From: a virus
Taxonomy: Duplodnaviria > Caudoviricetes
Length of the DNA stretch: 61,923 nt
IMG/VR virus record: IMGVR_UViG_3300048591_001211
Span: 1-61,923 of that record
Strand: one strand, 5' to 3'
The notes beneath the pieces were generated by a model, which was given only the letters and a program-made list of their open reading frames with translations, searched no databases and was not told where the DNA came from. The number at the start of each line of letters is the position of its first letter. Within the stretch, counting starts at the first letter, position 1. This document shows positions 38,372 through 47,993 of this stretch, piece by piece. A program made the translations under genes and the position numbers.

Positions 38372-38875
38372 ATGGGAAAGCGGGGTCCACCGCCAAAGCC
38401 CACGACGCTCAAAATCGCCAGCGGAAACGCGTCGAAGGAGAACCTCGACGACCGTGTGCGGCGCGAGCCTCGCCCGCACGATGGCGACATCGAGCCGCCG
38501 GTGTGGCTGACGGGAGCGGCCCTGGAGAAGTGGGGCGAGATGCTGCCCATCATCCAGGGCATGAAGGTGATGACGTCGGCGGACGTTGACGCCCTGGGTC
38601 GGTACTGCGTGCTTCACGAGATGTACGTGAAGTACCTCGACCAATGCCGTCGCGGCCTCGATGTGCTCGTGCTCCGCGATGCGAACGGGAAGGTCAAGTA
38701 CATGCAGAGCACGCCGGCCGCGGTGATGTTCCAGAAGCTCGGCCAGCAACTTGACCGCCTTGGTCAGCAGTTCGGCCTGACACCTTCTTCTCGCACGGCG
38801 ATCAACGTGGACCACGGGGAGACAGCTGACAGTGTCCGAGCTTGGCTGGACGAGACGACTCTGGACGCCGGATGA
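38372..38875 (+). CDS. terS: Terminase small subunit, P27 family
   Basis: RGP.PKPT.LK...GN, PP.WL...A...W and FGLTPSSR motifs. Confidence 0.9.
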   Translation: MGKRGPPPKPTTLKIASGNASKENLDDRVRREPRPHDGDIEPPVWLTGAALEKWGEMLPIIQGMKVMTSADVDALGRYCVLHEMYVKYLDQCRRGLDVLVLRDANGKVKYMQSTPAAVMFQKLGQQLDRLGQQFGLTPSSRTAINVDHGETADSVRAWLDETTLDAG

Positions 38876-40448
38876 GCAACGACTGCGGCCCGAGTTCCTC
38901 GACGGCTACGTCTGGAACGGCAAGGCGGCTGAGCGGGCGTGCCAATTCATCGAGCGGTTTTGCCGGCTTCCCGGCAAGACTCGGTGGGGCTCGCCTGTTC
39001 GGCTTATGCGGTGGCACGCCGACGAGGTGTTCTACCCTTTGATCGGGTGGGAACGCCCGGACGGCAGGCGACGGTTCCGACGAGGCGGGCTTTTCGTCCC
39101 GAAGAAGAACACGAAGAGCAGTCTCACGAGCTGGCTGACCACGTTCTTCATGACCGCCGACTTCCCGCTCACAGACGTGTTCGGAGCGGCTACGGACCGC
39201 AACCAGGCGAAGATCATTTTCAACATGGTGGCCCGCTCGATCCAGAAGAGCCCCGCGCTTTCTCAGATCCTCACTGTCGTCAAAAGCTCCTCGACGATCG
39301 TCAATAAGGAGCACGGCAACGAGTACCGATGCCTTTCCTCCGACTCGTGGAGGCAGGAAGGCTTGAACGGAAAGGTCGTGATCGACGAGATTCACGCCCA
39401 CCGATCACACGACCTGATCGACGCGCTGGTCTACGCAAATCGAGCCACGCCAAACGGCCTCGTGCTCGGGATATCCACGGCCGGTTCCGAGCGGTCCGGA
39501 GTCGGCTGGCAGTGGTGGCAAGACTGTGAGATCGTGTCGCGTGAGCCTGAGGCAATTCCGAACTTCTACGGGAAAATCTACGCGGCCAAGGATACCGACG
39601 ACTTTAGCGACCCCGCGTTGTGGAGACGCGTCAACCCGTGCATGGGCGTCACGTTCCCGGAGGACGAGTTCGCCGACGACTACAAGGACGCTCTAACCGA
39701 CCCGCGGAAGATGGCCCGCTTCTTGCGGTACAGCCTGAACGTGTGGTGCGCCGCCGACAGCCGCTGGATACCGCCCGAAGAGTGGGCCGCCTGCTACATC
39801 GCCGAGATGCTGCTCGCGGACAAGGCCGAGTGCTGGATCGGCGTGGACCTCGCGTGGTCGGAGGACACGACCGCCGTCGTGGCGATTTTCCCGGACAAGA
39901 AAGGCGGTTTCGACGTGTGGTGCCGCATCTACCTACCAGAGGAATTGGTCGACGATCGCGAGCGACGGGATCGTTGTGAGTACCGACAATGGGCCGAAGA
40001 CGGCTTTGTCATTCTGACGCCTGGCGCCGTCACGGACTACGACTTCATCCGACGCGACATCGAAGCGCTTAACCGCAAATACACCATCAAGATGATCGCG
40101 GTCGACCCACACAACGCGACGCACATCACCAACCAACTTGATGGTGCAGGCCTGCCTGTGAAGAAGTACCCGCAAAGCTACGCGGGGATGAACGCTCCGT
40201 GCCGGTTGATCGAGACGCTGATCTCCAAACGAGCGATCCGACACACGTCTCCAGCGCTAAGCCGGCAAATGGGTAACGTCGCCGTCAAGATGAACGCGGA
40301 AGGTCTCATCCGTCCGCTCAAGCCGAAGCTTAACTCCCCGCTTCGAGTCGACGGACCGCTCGCGATGTGCATGGCCTTCGGTGCTTGGAGCGAAACGGGG
40401 CAGGAGCCGGAGAAGCCCAAGGTTCGCCCGAGGATTCACGCGCTATGA
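38832..40448 (+). CDS. terL: Terminase large subunit (HK97 / 3'-cos type)
   Basis: R.FR...VPKKNTKS Walker A, IDEIH Walker B, ISTAG, GVDLA...D and C-terminal VDG nuclease residues. Confidence 0.95.
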   Translation: MSELGWTRRLWTPDEQRLRPEFLDGYVWNGKAAERACQFIERFCRLPGKTRWGSPVRLMRWHADEVFYPLIGWERPDGRRRFRRGGLFVPKKNTKSSLTSWLTTFFMTADFPLTDVFGAATDRNQAKIIFNMVARSIQKSPALSQILTVVKSSSTIVNKEHGNEYRCLSSDSWRQEGLNGKVVIDEIHAHRSHDLIDALVYANRATPNGLVLGISTAGSERSGVGWQWWQDCEIVSREPEAIPNFYGKIYAAKDTDDFSDPALWRRVNPCMGVTFPEDEFADDYKDALTDPRKMARFLRYSLNVWCAADSRWIPPEEWAACYIAEMLLADKAECWIGVDLAWSEDTTAVVAIFPDKKGGFDVWCRIYLPEELVDDRERRDRCEYRQWAEDGFVILTPGAVTDYDFIRRDIEALNRKYTIKMIAVDPHNATHITNQLDGAGLPVKKYPQSYAGMNAPCRLIETLISKRAIRHTSPALSRQMGNVAVKMNAEGLIRPLKPKLNSPLRVDGPLAMCMAFGAWSETGQEPEKPKVRPRIHAL

Positions 40449-42343
40449 TCTCCCGCAACGCTATCTCGGTGCCGCGCATCCGTTCGTTTGGTCAAGCCTC
40501 CCGGCGATCGGCGGACAACCAAGACGTCAAGCGGTGGATTGACGAGGACGACGACTTCGGGATCTCGTCTGCCGGTGTGCGAGTGACCGAGAAAACGGCG
40601 ATGCGGACGGCCGCGTTCTTCTCGTGCACCCGCGTTGTTGGCGAAACGATGGGGGTTCTCGACCTCCATCACTACCGCCGGATCGAAGGCGGCGGATCGC
40701 TGCGAGAGCCGGGCTGGATCGACGATCTGCTTTCGACCTCGATACACCCGTCGCTCACGCGAAGCGAATGGTTCGAGCGGATGGTGACGAACTTCGAATT
40801 GTGGGGGGCGTGCTACGCGCGTCTCATTCAAGGACCGGACGGGACCATCATGGCCCTTGATCCGCTGCATCCGACGCAAGTCCGATGCGTTCCTATGCGG
40901 AACGGCGAGCTGGCGTTCGATGTGGTTCACGATGACGGTTCGACCGGAATCTACGGCCAGGAGGACATGTTCTGGATGCACTTCATGCCGGTCACCAATC
41001 GGTTTGGAGAGCGAAAGGGGCAACCACTTCTGGAGCTCGGCCGCGACACGATAGCGCTGTGCCGGGCGATGGAGAGGCACGCCAGCAAGTTCTTCTCGAA
41101 CGGCGCCAGGCCCGGCGTCATCATCGAGACGGACCTCGAGCTCTTGGACGAGGACATCGTGTCGCTGCGCGATGCGTGGGAGCGAATTCATCGTGGCCCG
41201 GAGAATTCCAACCGCACGGCGGTCATGGATCGCGGGATCAAGGCCCGGGAGTTTGGTGCCGCCAGCAACCAGGACTCACAGTTCACCGAGGCGCTGGAGT
41301 TCGAAACAGGCCGCGTCTGCGCGATTATGCGCGTTCCTCCGCACATGGTTCAGCTGTTCTCTAATCTCAAGTACGCGACCGTCGAACAGGGGGCAATCGA
41401 TTTTCGGAACTACACCATCGGCCCGCGGGCGAATCGCTTCGAGCAGGCGTTTGTCCGCAGCCTGGTCCTCGACCCGTCGACCCACTTCGTTCGGTTCAAC
41501 CTCGACGAGCTCGAGCGTGGCGATGCAACGTCCCGCATGGGTGTCTCGAAGGATGGGGTGTCCACCGGCATCACGTGCGTCAACGAGGAGCGAGCCAAAG
41601 ACGGCAGGAACCCGGTAGCCGGCGGCGACGTGCACCTTGTGCCGGCGAACTACACCACGCTGGAGGCGCTGGCCAGGCGACAGGCCGCGAACCCAGAGAA
41701 CATCGAGCCGGTGCTCGATCGCCTTGCCGCTGGTGGCATTTCACCGGATGCGGCCCGCGTGCTGCTCTCGGTCCAGAATCCGATGCTGTCCGCGGAAGAG
41801 GTTACCGCCATCGTTGCCGGAACCGTTCCTGGGGCGCAGCCTGACAAGCCGCAGGTGACGACGCTTCTCCAAGTCATCGACGATATCGCGACCGGGAAGC
41901 TCACGAGCCACGGGGCGCGGGCCGTTCTCGCCGTTGCGTTCCCGCAGCTCGACAAGCAACTCGTGGACGAGATGGTCGGTGGGGTGAAGGTCATCACCGT
42001 GGATGCGGTGCACGAGCCCGAGCCGCTGGCCGCACCGTCTGCACCAGAGTCGGCCGAGCCGGCGGCGGAAGACCAGGCCACGCCGGAGACCATCGGTGGG
42101 GTGGACGTGGCCTCGCTAGCGCTCAATGGGGCGCAGGTCACAGCGTTGCTGGAGGTCGTGCGGCAGATTTCCGAAGGCACGATCACGAAGGAAGCCGCAA
42201 CGCTGGTCATCACTTCGGCGTTCCCGACGATCCCCGAAGAGGTCGCCTCGCGTATGGCCGACGGTGCAATTGCCAAGCCGATCGAAGAACCGGCGCCAAT
42301 CGAAACCGCTCCGCCCACCGATAACCAGGAGGCCCAGCCATGA
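40445..42343 (+). CDS. HK97-family portal protein with C-terminal repeat extension
   Basis: PLHP, FF.NGARP.., QF.E, VPPHM and NEER motifs; extra tail of about 200 aa. Confidence 0.93.
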   Translation: MISRNAISVPRIRSFGQASRRSADNQDVKRWIDEDDDFGISSAGVRVTEKTAMRTAAFFSCTRVVGETMGVLDLHHYRRIEGGGSLREPGWIDDLLSTSIHPSLTRSEWFERMVTNFELWGACYARLIQGPDGTIMALDPLHPTQVRCVPMRNGELAFDVVHDDGSTGIYGQEDMFWMHFMPVTNRFGERKGQPLLELGRDTIALCRAMERHASKFFSNGARPGVIIETDLELLDEDIVSLRDAWERIHRGPENSNRTAVMDRGIKAREFGAASNQDSQFTEALEFETGRVCAIMRVPPHMVQLFSNLKYATVEQGAIDFRNYTIGPRANRFEQAFVRSLVLDPSTHFVRFNLDELERGDATSRMGVSKDGVSTGITCVNEERAKDGRNPVAGGDVHLVPANYTTLEALARRQAANPENIEPVLDRLAAGGISPDAARVLLSVQNPMLSAEEVTAIVAGTVPGAQPDKPQVTTLLQVIDDIATGKLTSHGARAVLAVAFPQLDKQLVDEMVGGVKVITVDAVHEPEPLAAPSAPESAEPAAEDQATPETIGGVDVASLALNGAQVTALLEVVRQISEGTITKEAATLVITSAFPTIPEEVASRMADGAIAKPIEEPAPIETAPPTDNQEAQP

Positions 42344-43014
42344 ACGGATTTCAGCGGCGATTCTTCAACTTCGAAAACGCGAACGAGGATCCTGAGAAGC
42401 TCCTTCGGCTTGAGCGTCGTTCGGTCAACGGCGTCGAGCAGGTGATTCTTCGTGCCTACGCCGTGCCGTGGAACACAGACACGCTCGACGGCGCTGTTGG
42501 GCCGTACGTCGAGCGAATCGCTCCCGGCGCTTTCTGGATGGTCGACGAGGCAAACCAGGGGAAGCGTTCGTTGATGACCAAGTCGGTGCTGAATCACAAC
42601 GACGACATGCCGCTGGCGGCTTACCCGAAGACTCTCACGCTGCTGCAGGACGATTACGGCCTGTACTACGAGCATCCGCTGCAGGACACGACATACGCTC
42701 GTGATCTCATCACGAATATCGAAGCAGGAATCGTTCGCGGATCGTCGTTCCTCTACAAGCCTGGGAAGAGGAACGGCGACTTCGGGTGGTCGAAGGACGC
42801 CGAGGGCCGCAGCGTAAAGACGATCTTCCGCGCTCAGCTGCTCCTCGACGTTGGCCCATGCACTTTTCCGGCTTACGGCGAGGGCGACCTCAGCCTCCTG
42901 AAGCGGTCCTTTGACCGCGAGATTCACGAATTCCAGGAGGTGCGAAAGCGCCCGGACCTGTCGAGGTTCAAGCACAGGCAGGCCGAGCTGTCGAGGCTCA
43001 TTCGTGGCAAGTGA
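42340..43014 (+). CDS. HK97-family prohead protease
   Basis: YA..W, E.IAPGAF, LNHN, DDYGL, GSSF and FPAY motifs. Confidence 0.9.
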   Translation: MNGFQRRFFNFENANEDPEKLLRLERRSVNGVEQVILRAYAVPWNTDTLDGAVGPYVERIAPGAFWMVDEANQGKRSLMTKSVLNHNDDMPLAAYPKTLTLLQDDYGLYYEHPLQDTTYARDLITNIEAGIVRGSSFLYKPGKRNGDFGWSKDAEGRSVKTIFRAQLLLDVGPCTFPAYGEGDLSLLKRSFDREIHEFQEVRKRPDLSRFKHRQAELSRLIRGK

Positions 43015-43183
43015 CAACCAAAAGTCTGGCGAAGTGTGCCGCGGCTGCGGTGCCAAGCTCCGGACGGCCACAAGCCGTCCGATGGGGGGCGGTTATCGCC
43101 TTCGATACCTCGAGTGCCGGAAGTGCAAGGGTGGACTGTGCCGCTGCGTGATCCGTGAGGCGGAAGCGCGGCACCGGTCATAG
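43004..43183 (+). CDS. Small Zn-ribbon protein (Ogr/Delta-like)
   Basis: CRGCG....TSR......RYLECRKC. Confidence 0.5.
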   Translation: MASDNQKSGEVCRGCGAKLRTATSRPMGGGYRLRYLECRKCKGGLCRCVIREAEARHRS

Positions 43184-43192
43184 AACACTCGC

Positions 43193-43225
43193 TGAGCGAC
43201 GGAGTGCGGTGAGCGGTCTTACGGT
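43193..43225 (+). promoter_or_regulatory. Putative phage late promoter, copy 3
   Basis: TGAGCGACGG-N17-TACGGT upstream of the major capsid gene. Confidence 0.65.
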
Positions 43226-43276
43226 GCAAGGCAGAGGCAAACGGCCTCGCTGAAACACCTTTGAGGAGCCAAAACC

Positions 43277-44788
43277 GTGGCCGCAACTGCCGACGCCGGA
43301 CTCGACACTTCCACCCAGCCGACGGACTCGAAGAAGACTCTCGCGATTCTCGCTCAGATCGCGGAGCTCGTTGCCGAGGCAAAGGTCATGATCGACGAGG
43401 GCGAAGCGGCCCCCGATGACGAGTCGCCCGAGGACGCGGAGGCTCGCTCCTCGATGATCGAGGAGGCACAGGCCAAGGCCCAGAAGCTGTGGAAGCAGGT
43501 GCTCCGCAACCGCAAGATCGCTGCCGAGCAGCTCGAGATGCGAAAGAACGCGATCACGTCCGTGCGGAAGCTCAAGGGCGAAGGCCGCTCCAACGGCCGT
43601 GGTGATGATGACGCCAACGATCGTGAGGACCTGGAGGACGGCGGGGCATCCGACGGATTCCAGGCTCGCGGCCGCCAGGACGCTGGCGCCGAGGATCGGA
43701 AGTTTGCCCGCCCGACGCGCGGCGAGATCAAGGCTTTCGGCGCCGGGGTGGATGCCGAAAAGCGTGCGTTCGAGTGCGGTCAGATCGCCCTCGCGACGTT
43801 CGGTGGGAACGCGCGGGCTCGGCAGTACTGCAAGGAGCACGGGCTCCTCAAGCGAGCTCAGAACACCGAGGACGACGCCGACGTGATCCCGACGATTCTG
43901 TCGGACGAGATCATCAAGTTTATCGACGAACACGGCGTGTTCCGCCGAAACGCTCGGCTCAAGCCGATGAAGAGCGGCGAGCAAGACGAGCCGCGTCGCA
44001 TCAAGGGCCTCAAGATGAAGCCCATGGCTCAGTTGGCCGCGACCACGCAGTCCAACCGAGAGTGGGACAAGGTTCGGCTGTCGGCGAAGAAGTTCGGTGT
44101 CGACAACCGGTACTCGACCGAGTTCAGCGAGGACTCGATCATCGAGATCGGCTCCGACACGGTCTACGAGCATGGCCTCGCGTTTGCCGAGGGCATCGAC
44201 GACTGTGGCTTCAACGGTGACGGCGACACGGAAGGCGACTACCAAGGCATCCTCGGGCTTATCCCGGCGATGCTGACGCTCCACTCCGGCAACGTCCGCA
44301 AGGGCGTGTACTTCGCCGCTGCCGACGCTGTCGAGGACTTCGACGAGGACGACTTCATCTTCGCGATGGCTCGCCTTCCGAAGTATGCCTGGACTCCGAA
44401 TCTCCGCTGGTACTGCTCGCCGGCCGTGTATGCCGCGAGCATGCAGCGGATCAAGTTCAAGAAGCAGGGGAACACCGGAAACGATGTTTCGAACGGGTTC
44501 GCTCAGCCGTTCGGCGGCATCCCGGTCGAGCTCGTCAACGTGATGGACAACACCCTCGGGGCCGACCCTGGGAAGGTGAAGTTCATCCTCGGCGACCTCC
44601 GGCTCGGGTCGATTCTCGGCATGCGTCGGGATCTGACCTACAAGACCAGCGATCAGCTCCTCATGGCGAGCGACGAGGTGCTTTCTATCACCACGGCGCG
44701 GTTCGACATCAAGAACCACGGCCTCGGGGACGACACGAAGGCCGGCCCGATTGTCGTCATCTCGACGGCTGAAGACGAAGGATCGTGA
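43277..44788 (+). CDS. Major capsid protein (HK97 fold, N-terminal delta domain)
   Basis: Coiled-coil N-terminus; IP......II, V.L.AKK, F.G.G...GIL, GIPV, GDL and RFD motifs; position after the protease. Confidence 0.9.
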   Translation: MAATADAGLDTSTQPTDSKKTLAILAQIAELVAEAKVMIDEGEAAPDDESPEDAEARSSMIEEAQAKAQKLWKQVLRNRKIAAEQLEMRKNAITSVRKLKGEGRSNGRGDDDANDREDLEDGGASDGFQARGRQDAGAEDRKFARPTRGEIKAFGAGVDAEKRAFECGQIALATFGGNARARQYCKEHGLLKRAQNTEDDADVIPTILSDEIIKFIDEHGVFRRNARLKPMKSGEQDEPRRIKGLKMKPMAQLAATTQSNREWDKVRLSAKKFGVDNRYSTEFSEDSIIEIGSDTVYEHGLAFAEGIDDCGFNGDGDTEGDYQGILGLIPAMLTLHSGNVRKGVYFAAADAVEDFDEDDFIFAMARLPKYAWTPNLRWYCSPAVYAASMQRIKFKKQGNTGNDVSNGFAQPFGGIPVELVNVMDNTLGADPGKVKFILGDLRLGSILGMRRDLTYKTSDQLLMASDEVLSITTARFDIKNHGLGDDTKAGPIVVISTAEDEGS

Positions 44789-44816
44789 TCCTGATTTTCT
44801 AAGGCACGCCATGCCC

Positions 44817-44856
44817 CAGGCGGGGCGGTTGAGGTAATGCTCGGCCGCCCCGCCTG
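44817..44856 (+). terminator. Strong GC hairpin after the capsid gene (no U-tract)
   Basis: CAGGCGGGGCGGTTGAG-GTAATG-CTCGGCCGCCCCGCCTG. Confidence 0.5.
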
Positions 44857-44876
44857 CCCTGGCGCGAAAGGGTGGC

Positions 44877-45509
44877 GTGATGCTTCGCTCCTACATCGGG
44901 CGGCCGTCGAAGCGATACCGTTCCATCGACGTGCTCGAACAGCCGGCGGTCGAACCGGTTTCCCTGCGCGAGGGCAAGGCCCAGTGCCGCGTCAGCCACG
45001 ATGCGGAGGACGACCTGCTCCAGGGCCACATCCAGGCCGCACGCGAGTATGTGGAGGCCCGAAAGGGGCTCTGCCTCATCGACACGAAGATCTGTGTCGT
45101 GCTCGACGACTGGCAAGCCGCTGGGGAAATCCGGCTGCCTCGGTCGCCAATGTCCCCGACGGACGGCAGGCAGACGGTGCTCGTCGAGTACGCCACCTCG
45201 GCTACCGAGTGGGCCACCGTCGACGCCGGCCTTTACGCAGTCGATCGGCGTTCCATGCCGGGGATCGTTCGCCACGTTGGTTTTGACTGGCCGCTTCCAT
45301 CGTCCCGCGAGGCTGCGTACCGAATCACGTACTGGGCCGGATACGGTGCGACCGGGCAGTCGGTCCCGCGCAGGTATCGCAACGCGATCCTGGCTCTCGC
45401 TGCCCACATGTACCTCAATCGCGAGGCGGTCGGCAGTTCATCGCTCGCGAAGATCCCGTTCATGGTTGACGAGCTCATCGGCCACCGTTCCGTGGAGGGC
45501 TACGCATGA
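44877..45509 (+). CDS. Head-tail connector (gp6-like)
   Basis: PAVEPVSL.E.K..CRV...EDDL....I.AARE.VE, AGYG and H.Y.NRE motifs. Confidence 0.88.
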   Translation: MMLRSYIGRPSKRYRSIDVLEQPAVEPVSLREGKAQCRVSHDAEDDLLQGHIQAAREYVEARKGLCLIDTKICVVLDDWQAAGEIRLPRSPMSPTDGRQTVLVEYATSATEWATVDAGLYAVDRRSMPGIVRHVGFDWPLPSSREAAYRITYWAGYGATGQSVPRRYRNAILALAAHMYLNREAVGSSSLAKIPFMVDELIGHRSVEGYA

Positions 45510-45910
45510 CGGTTGCCGCACATATCTCCCTGCACGCGGCCGTCCAGGAGAAGACGGACGGTGTGTTCCCGGCGATTACGGTCTACCCGGCCGACTACGA
45601 CGAGCGCATCGGGTCGGAAGGCACGAAGGTCTTCGCGGCCACGGGAGCGGTCGAAGCGGGCGAGGAAGGCACAACGTTGGACGTGACGGGCAAGCTGACG
45701 GAGATCACCCGCATCGTCGTCCAGAACCTTGCATCGTTCGACGAGGAAGGAGACGCGGATGTCGTGCTGACTGGTGGCCCGCTTCCAGGGACTGTTACGC
45801 GTGGCGACATTGGCATCAAGACAAACGCGATCGCGGGGTGGCCGGCGGAGAACATTGTCGTCACCGGAACGGCGGGAACGCCGTACAAAGTCATCTGCCT
45901 CGGGAGGTGA
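45506..45910 (+). CDS. Hypothetical virion protein
   Basis: Coupled ORF in the structural operon. Confidence 0.55.
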   Translation: MTVAAHISLHAAVQEKTDGVFPAITVYPADYDERIGSEGTKVFAATGAVEAGEEGTTLDVTGKLTEITRIVVQNLASFDEEGDADVVLTGGPLPGTVTRGDIGIKTNAIAGWPAENIVVTGTAGTPYKVICLGR

Positions 45911-45913
45911 TCC

Positions 45914-46252
45914 ATGCCGACGCCTGCCGGGCTCAAGAATCAGTTGGTGACCGTTGAGCGACTCCGCGAAAAGCCGACGCGTCTCGGCGAGAACAAGTCG
46001 ACGTCGGACGCGTGGGCCGCGATCGGTCAGCCAATCTGGGCCAACGTGAAGTCGGTCGTCTCGAGCGAGTCGAACCAGGACGGCCGGGTTCAGGCCACCG
46101 TCATCTACACGGTGACGATGGACGCATTCCACGACGTGCGAGCCGCCGATCGCCTGCGGTTCGGTACTCGCATTCTGGGGATCCAGGGCATCAAGCCTCG
46201 CGGTCTCCGAAATGAGGAACACGAGATCACGTGCATCGAGGAGGTGCAGTGA
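45914..46252 (+). CDS. Head-closure / head-tail adaptor (SPP1 gp16-like)
   Basis: AG.....V.VE, W......WA.V and R.L.I motifs; synteny. Confidence 0.8.
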   Translation: MPTPAGLKNQLVTVERLREKPTRLGENKSTSDAWAAIGQPIWANVKSVVSSESNQDGRVQATVIYTVTMDAFHDVRAADRLRFGTRILGIQGIKPRGLRNEEHEITCIEEVQ

Positions 46253-46839
46253 TGGACGGCCTGACGTTTTCCGGTAGTGGCGGGTTCCGCGGCGATCGAT
46301 CGAACACTGTCCGCATCGAGGGCGATGAGGAGATCATCGCGAGGCTGTTTGCGCTGCCCGGAACCATCGGACGTCGTTACCTCGGGAAAGCGGTGAAGGA
46401 ATCCATGCGGCCCATGAAGGCGGCACTGCTGGCCAATACCCCACACGGCCCGACCGGCAATGCCCGCGAGGCCGTGGCCGACAAGGTGAAGATTTATGCG
46501 ACCGGCACGGTGTTCGGCATAGTCGGATATCGGCGCGCGGTGTCCAAGAAAGACCAGCGCGGAAACAAGGGCTTCCATTCGCACCTGCTCGAATTTGGCA
46601 CAGACGAGCGACGGCCGAAGAACGGCCGGCTGCTGTCCACGCGATCGCTCGGCGGATGGCGACCTCCGGGATGGATCGGGCCGTCGGAGGCGATGTTTCG
46701 GCGAGCCAGGCCGATGCGAGCTCAGCGCCCGATGCTCAGGGCCTACCAATCGTCTGGCGCCCAGTGCGCCGGAATCATGGAATCCGAGATGGCATCCGCC
46801 CTCGATCGGGCGATCAACGAGCTCGGGGGTGCCGCGTGA
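46252..46839 (+). CDS. HK97 gp10-like neck/tail protein
   Basis: P.G.TG, HLLEFGT and AQRP.LR.A motifs. Confidence 0.78.
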   Translation: MDGLTFSGSGGFRGDRSNTVRIEGDEEIIARLFALPGTIGRRYLGKAVKESMRPMKAALLANTPHGPTGNAREAVADKVKIYATGTVFGIVGYRRAVSKKDQRGNKGFHSHLLEFGTDERRPKNGRLLSTRSLGGWRPPGWIGPSEAMFRRARPMRAQRPMLRAYQSSGAQCAGIMESEMASALDRAINELGGAA

Positions 46840-47258
46840 TCGAAGCGTGGGTGTACTGGCGTCTCGTGTCTGACCCGGGGACCGCGGCCTGGTTCGGGTT
46901 CCGTGTCACGCCGGTTATCGGCGAGCAGGTGCTGGCCAGGGACGAGAACGGCGACGTTCTGCCCTACGCCACGTACCGCGTCACAGACGCCCAATACCTG
47001 ACCGACCTCGAGCACAACAAGCTCGACGGCGAAAAGTCGGTGGCAATCGAAGTTTGGGTCATGACCTACGAGGGGGCCAAGGCTGCCGCGGCCGCCGTTC
47101 AGGACGCGTTGCACCGAGCGACGGAGTCGGGGTTCGGCTGTAACGTGCATGTGTCGCTTGAAGAGGGTGAGCAGGACGACGCTGGCATTCCGGTCAACGG
47201 CAAAGACAAGCCCCTGTACTCGGTCATGAAAACGTTCCGAATCCTCGCAGAGATTTGA
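46836..47258 (+). CDS. Tail completion/terminator protein
   Basis: R.TP...LPY.TY...I.VW..TY..A...A.AV..AL pattern; synteny. Confidence 0.7.
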   Translation: MIEAWVYWRLVSDPGTAAWFGFRVTPVIGEQVLARDENGDVLPYATYRVTDAQYLTDLEHNKLDGEKSVAIEVWVMTYEGAKAAAAAVQDALHRATESGFGCNVHVSLEEGEQDDAGIPVNGKDKPLYSVMKTFRILAEI

Positions 47259-47261
47259 TCC

Positions 47262-47612
47262 ATGCCACTCTCCACGCTGCCAACGATCTCCGGCCTCACG
47301 CTACCTGCTGGCGTGCAGAAGGTGAAGCATCGCGAGGTCGAGACGACCTACGTGACCAAGAAGGAGAAGGTCACTGTCCTGGAGGACACCGAAGAGCAGT
47401 ACGCCGATCCGCCCCTCGTTGAGGCCGCGAAGGTAACGGCGACCGACGTTGTCACGGCGTCCGGCCTCATTCGAAGCGACACGGTTCTTGCGGTGACCGA
47501 TCCGTCCGAAACGGAAGGCTGGATCTGTGAGAGCTATCAAGAGGTCCGCGAGGCAGGCAAGTACGCCACGTGGGACGCGAACTATTCCTACTACCCACCT
47601 GAGGGCTCGTGA
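47262..47612 (+). CDS. Small tail-tube-like protein 1
   Basis: Tail tube position; beta-rich; ends WDANYSYYP. Confidence 0.45.
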   Translation: MPLSTLPTISGLTLPAGVQKVKHREVETTYVTKKEKVTVLEDTEEQYADPPLVEAAKVTATDVVTASGLIRSDTVLAVTDPSETEGWICESYQEVREAGKYATWDANYSYYPPEGS

Positions 47613-47615
47613 TCC

Positions 47616-47972
47616 ATGCCAACGCTTGAATCGTCCCAGGGCTTCACGGCCTACGGTGTCTCAAACGTCAAGAAGTGCACCACGAAGGTGGCGCGTCGAT
47701 CAAACGTCACCCCTCAGCTCGACGAGTCAACGCTCGCGATCGAACACGGCGGCGAGCGGGTCTACGTCGACGGAATGCCCGACTACGGCGAGAACGGCGG
47801 CGACGGAATCATCGTCACGGTCGCGATGGAAGGCTTCAACACGAAGCCCGTCGTGGGCTCGACGATCACGGCCAAGTCGAAGACGTGCAAGTGCATGGAT
47901 TCGGAGTACGACAACAACACGGGGGCGTCTCGCACGTGGTCGGCCAACTACACCAGCGACTACCCCGCCTGA
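47616..47972 (+). CDS. Small tail-tube-like protein 2
   Basis: Tail tube position; ends WSANYTSDYP. Confidence 0.45.
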   Translation: MPTLESSQGFTAYGVSNVKKCTTKVARRSNVTPQLDESTLAIEHGGERVYVDGMPDYGENGGDGIIVTVAMEGFNTKPVVGSTITAKSKTCKCMDSEYDNNTGASRTWSANYTSDYPA

Positions 47973-47993
47973 CGACTGAGAGCGGAGGCATGA

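Noticed and set aside
43178-44812. Long antisense ORFs (544 aa here; also 25005..26687, 41650..43071 and others)
   Set aside because: They are shadow frames of well-supported genes in high-GC DNA and have no recognisable motifs.
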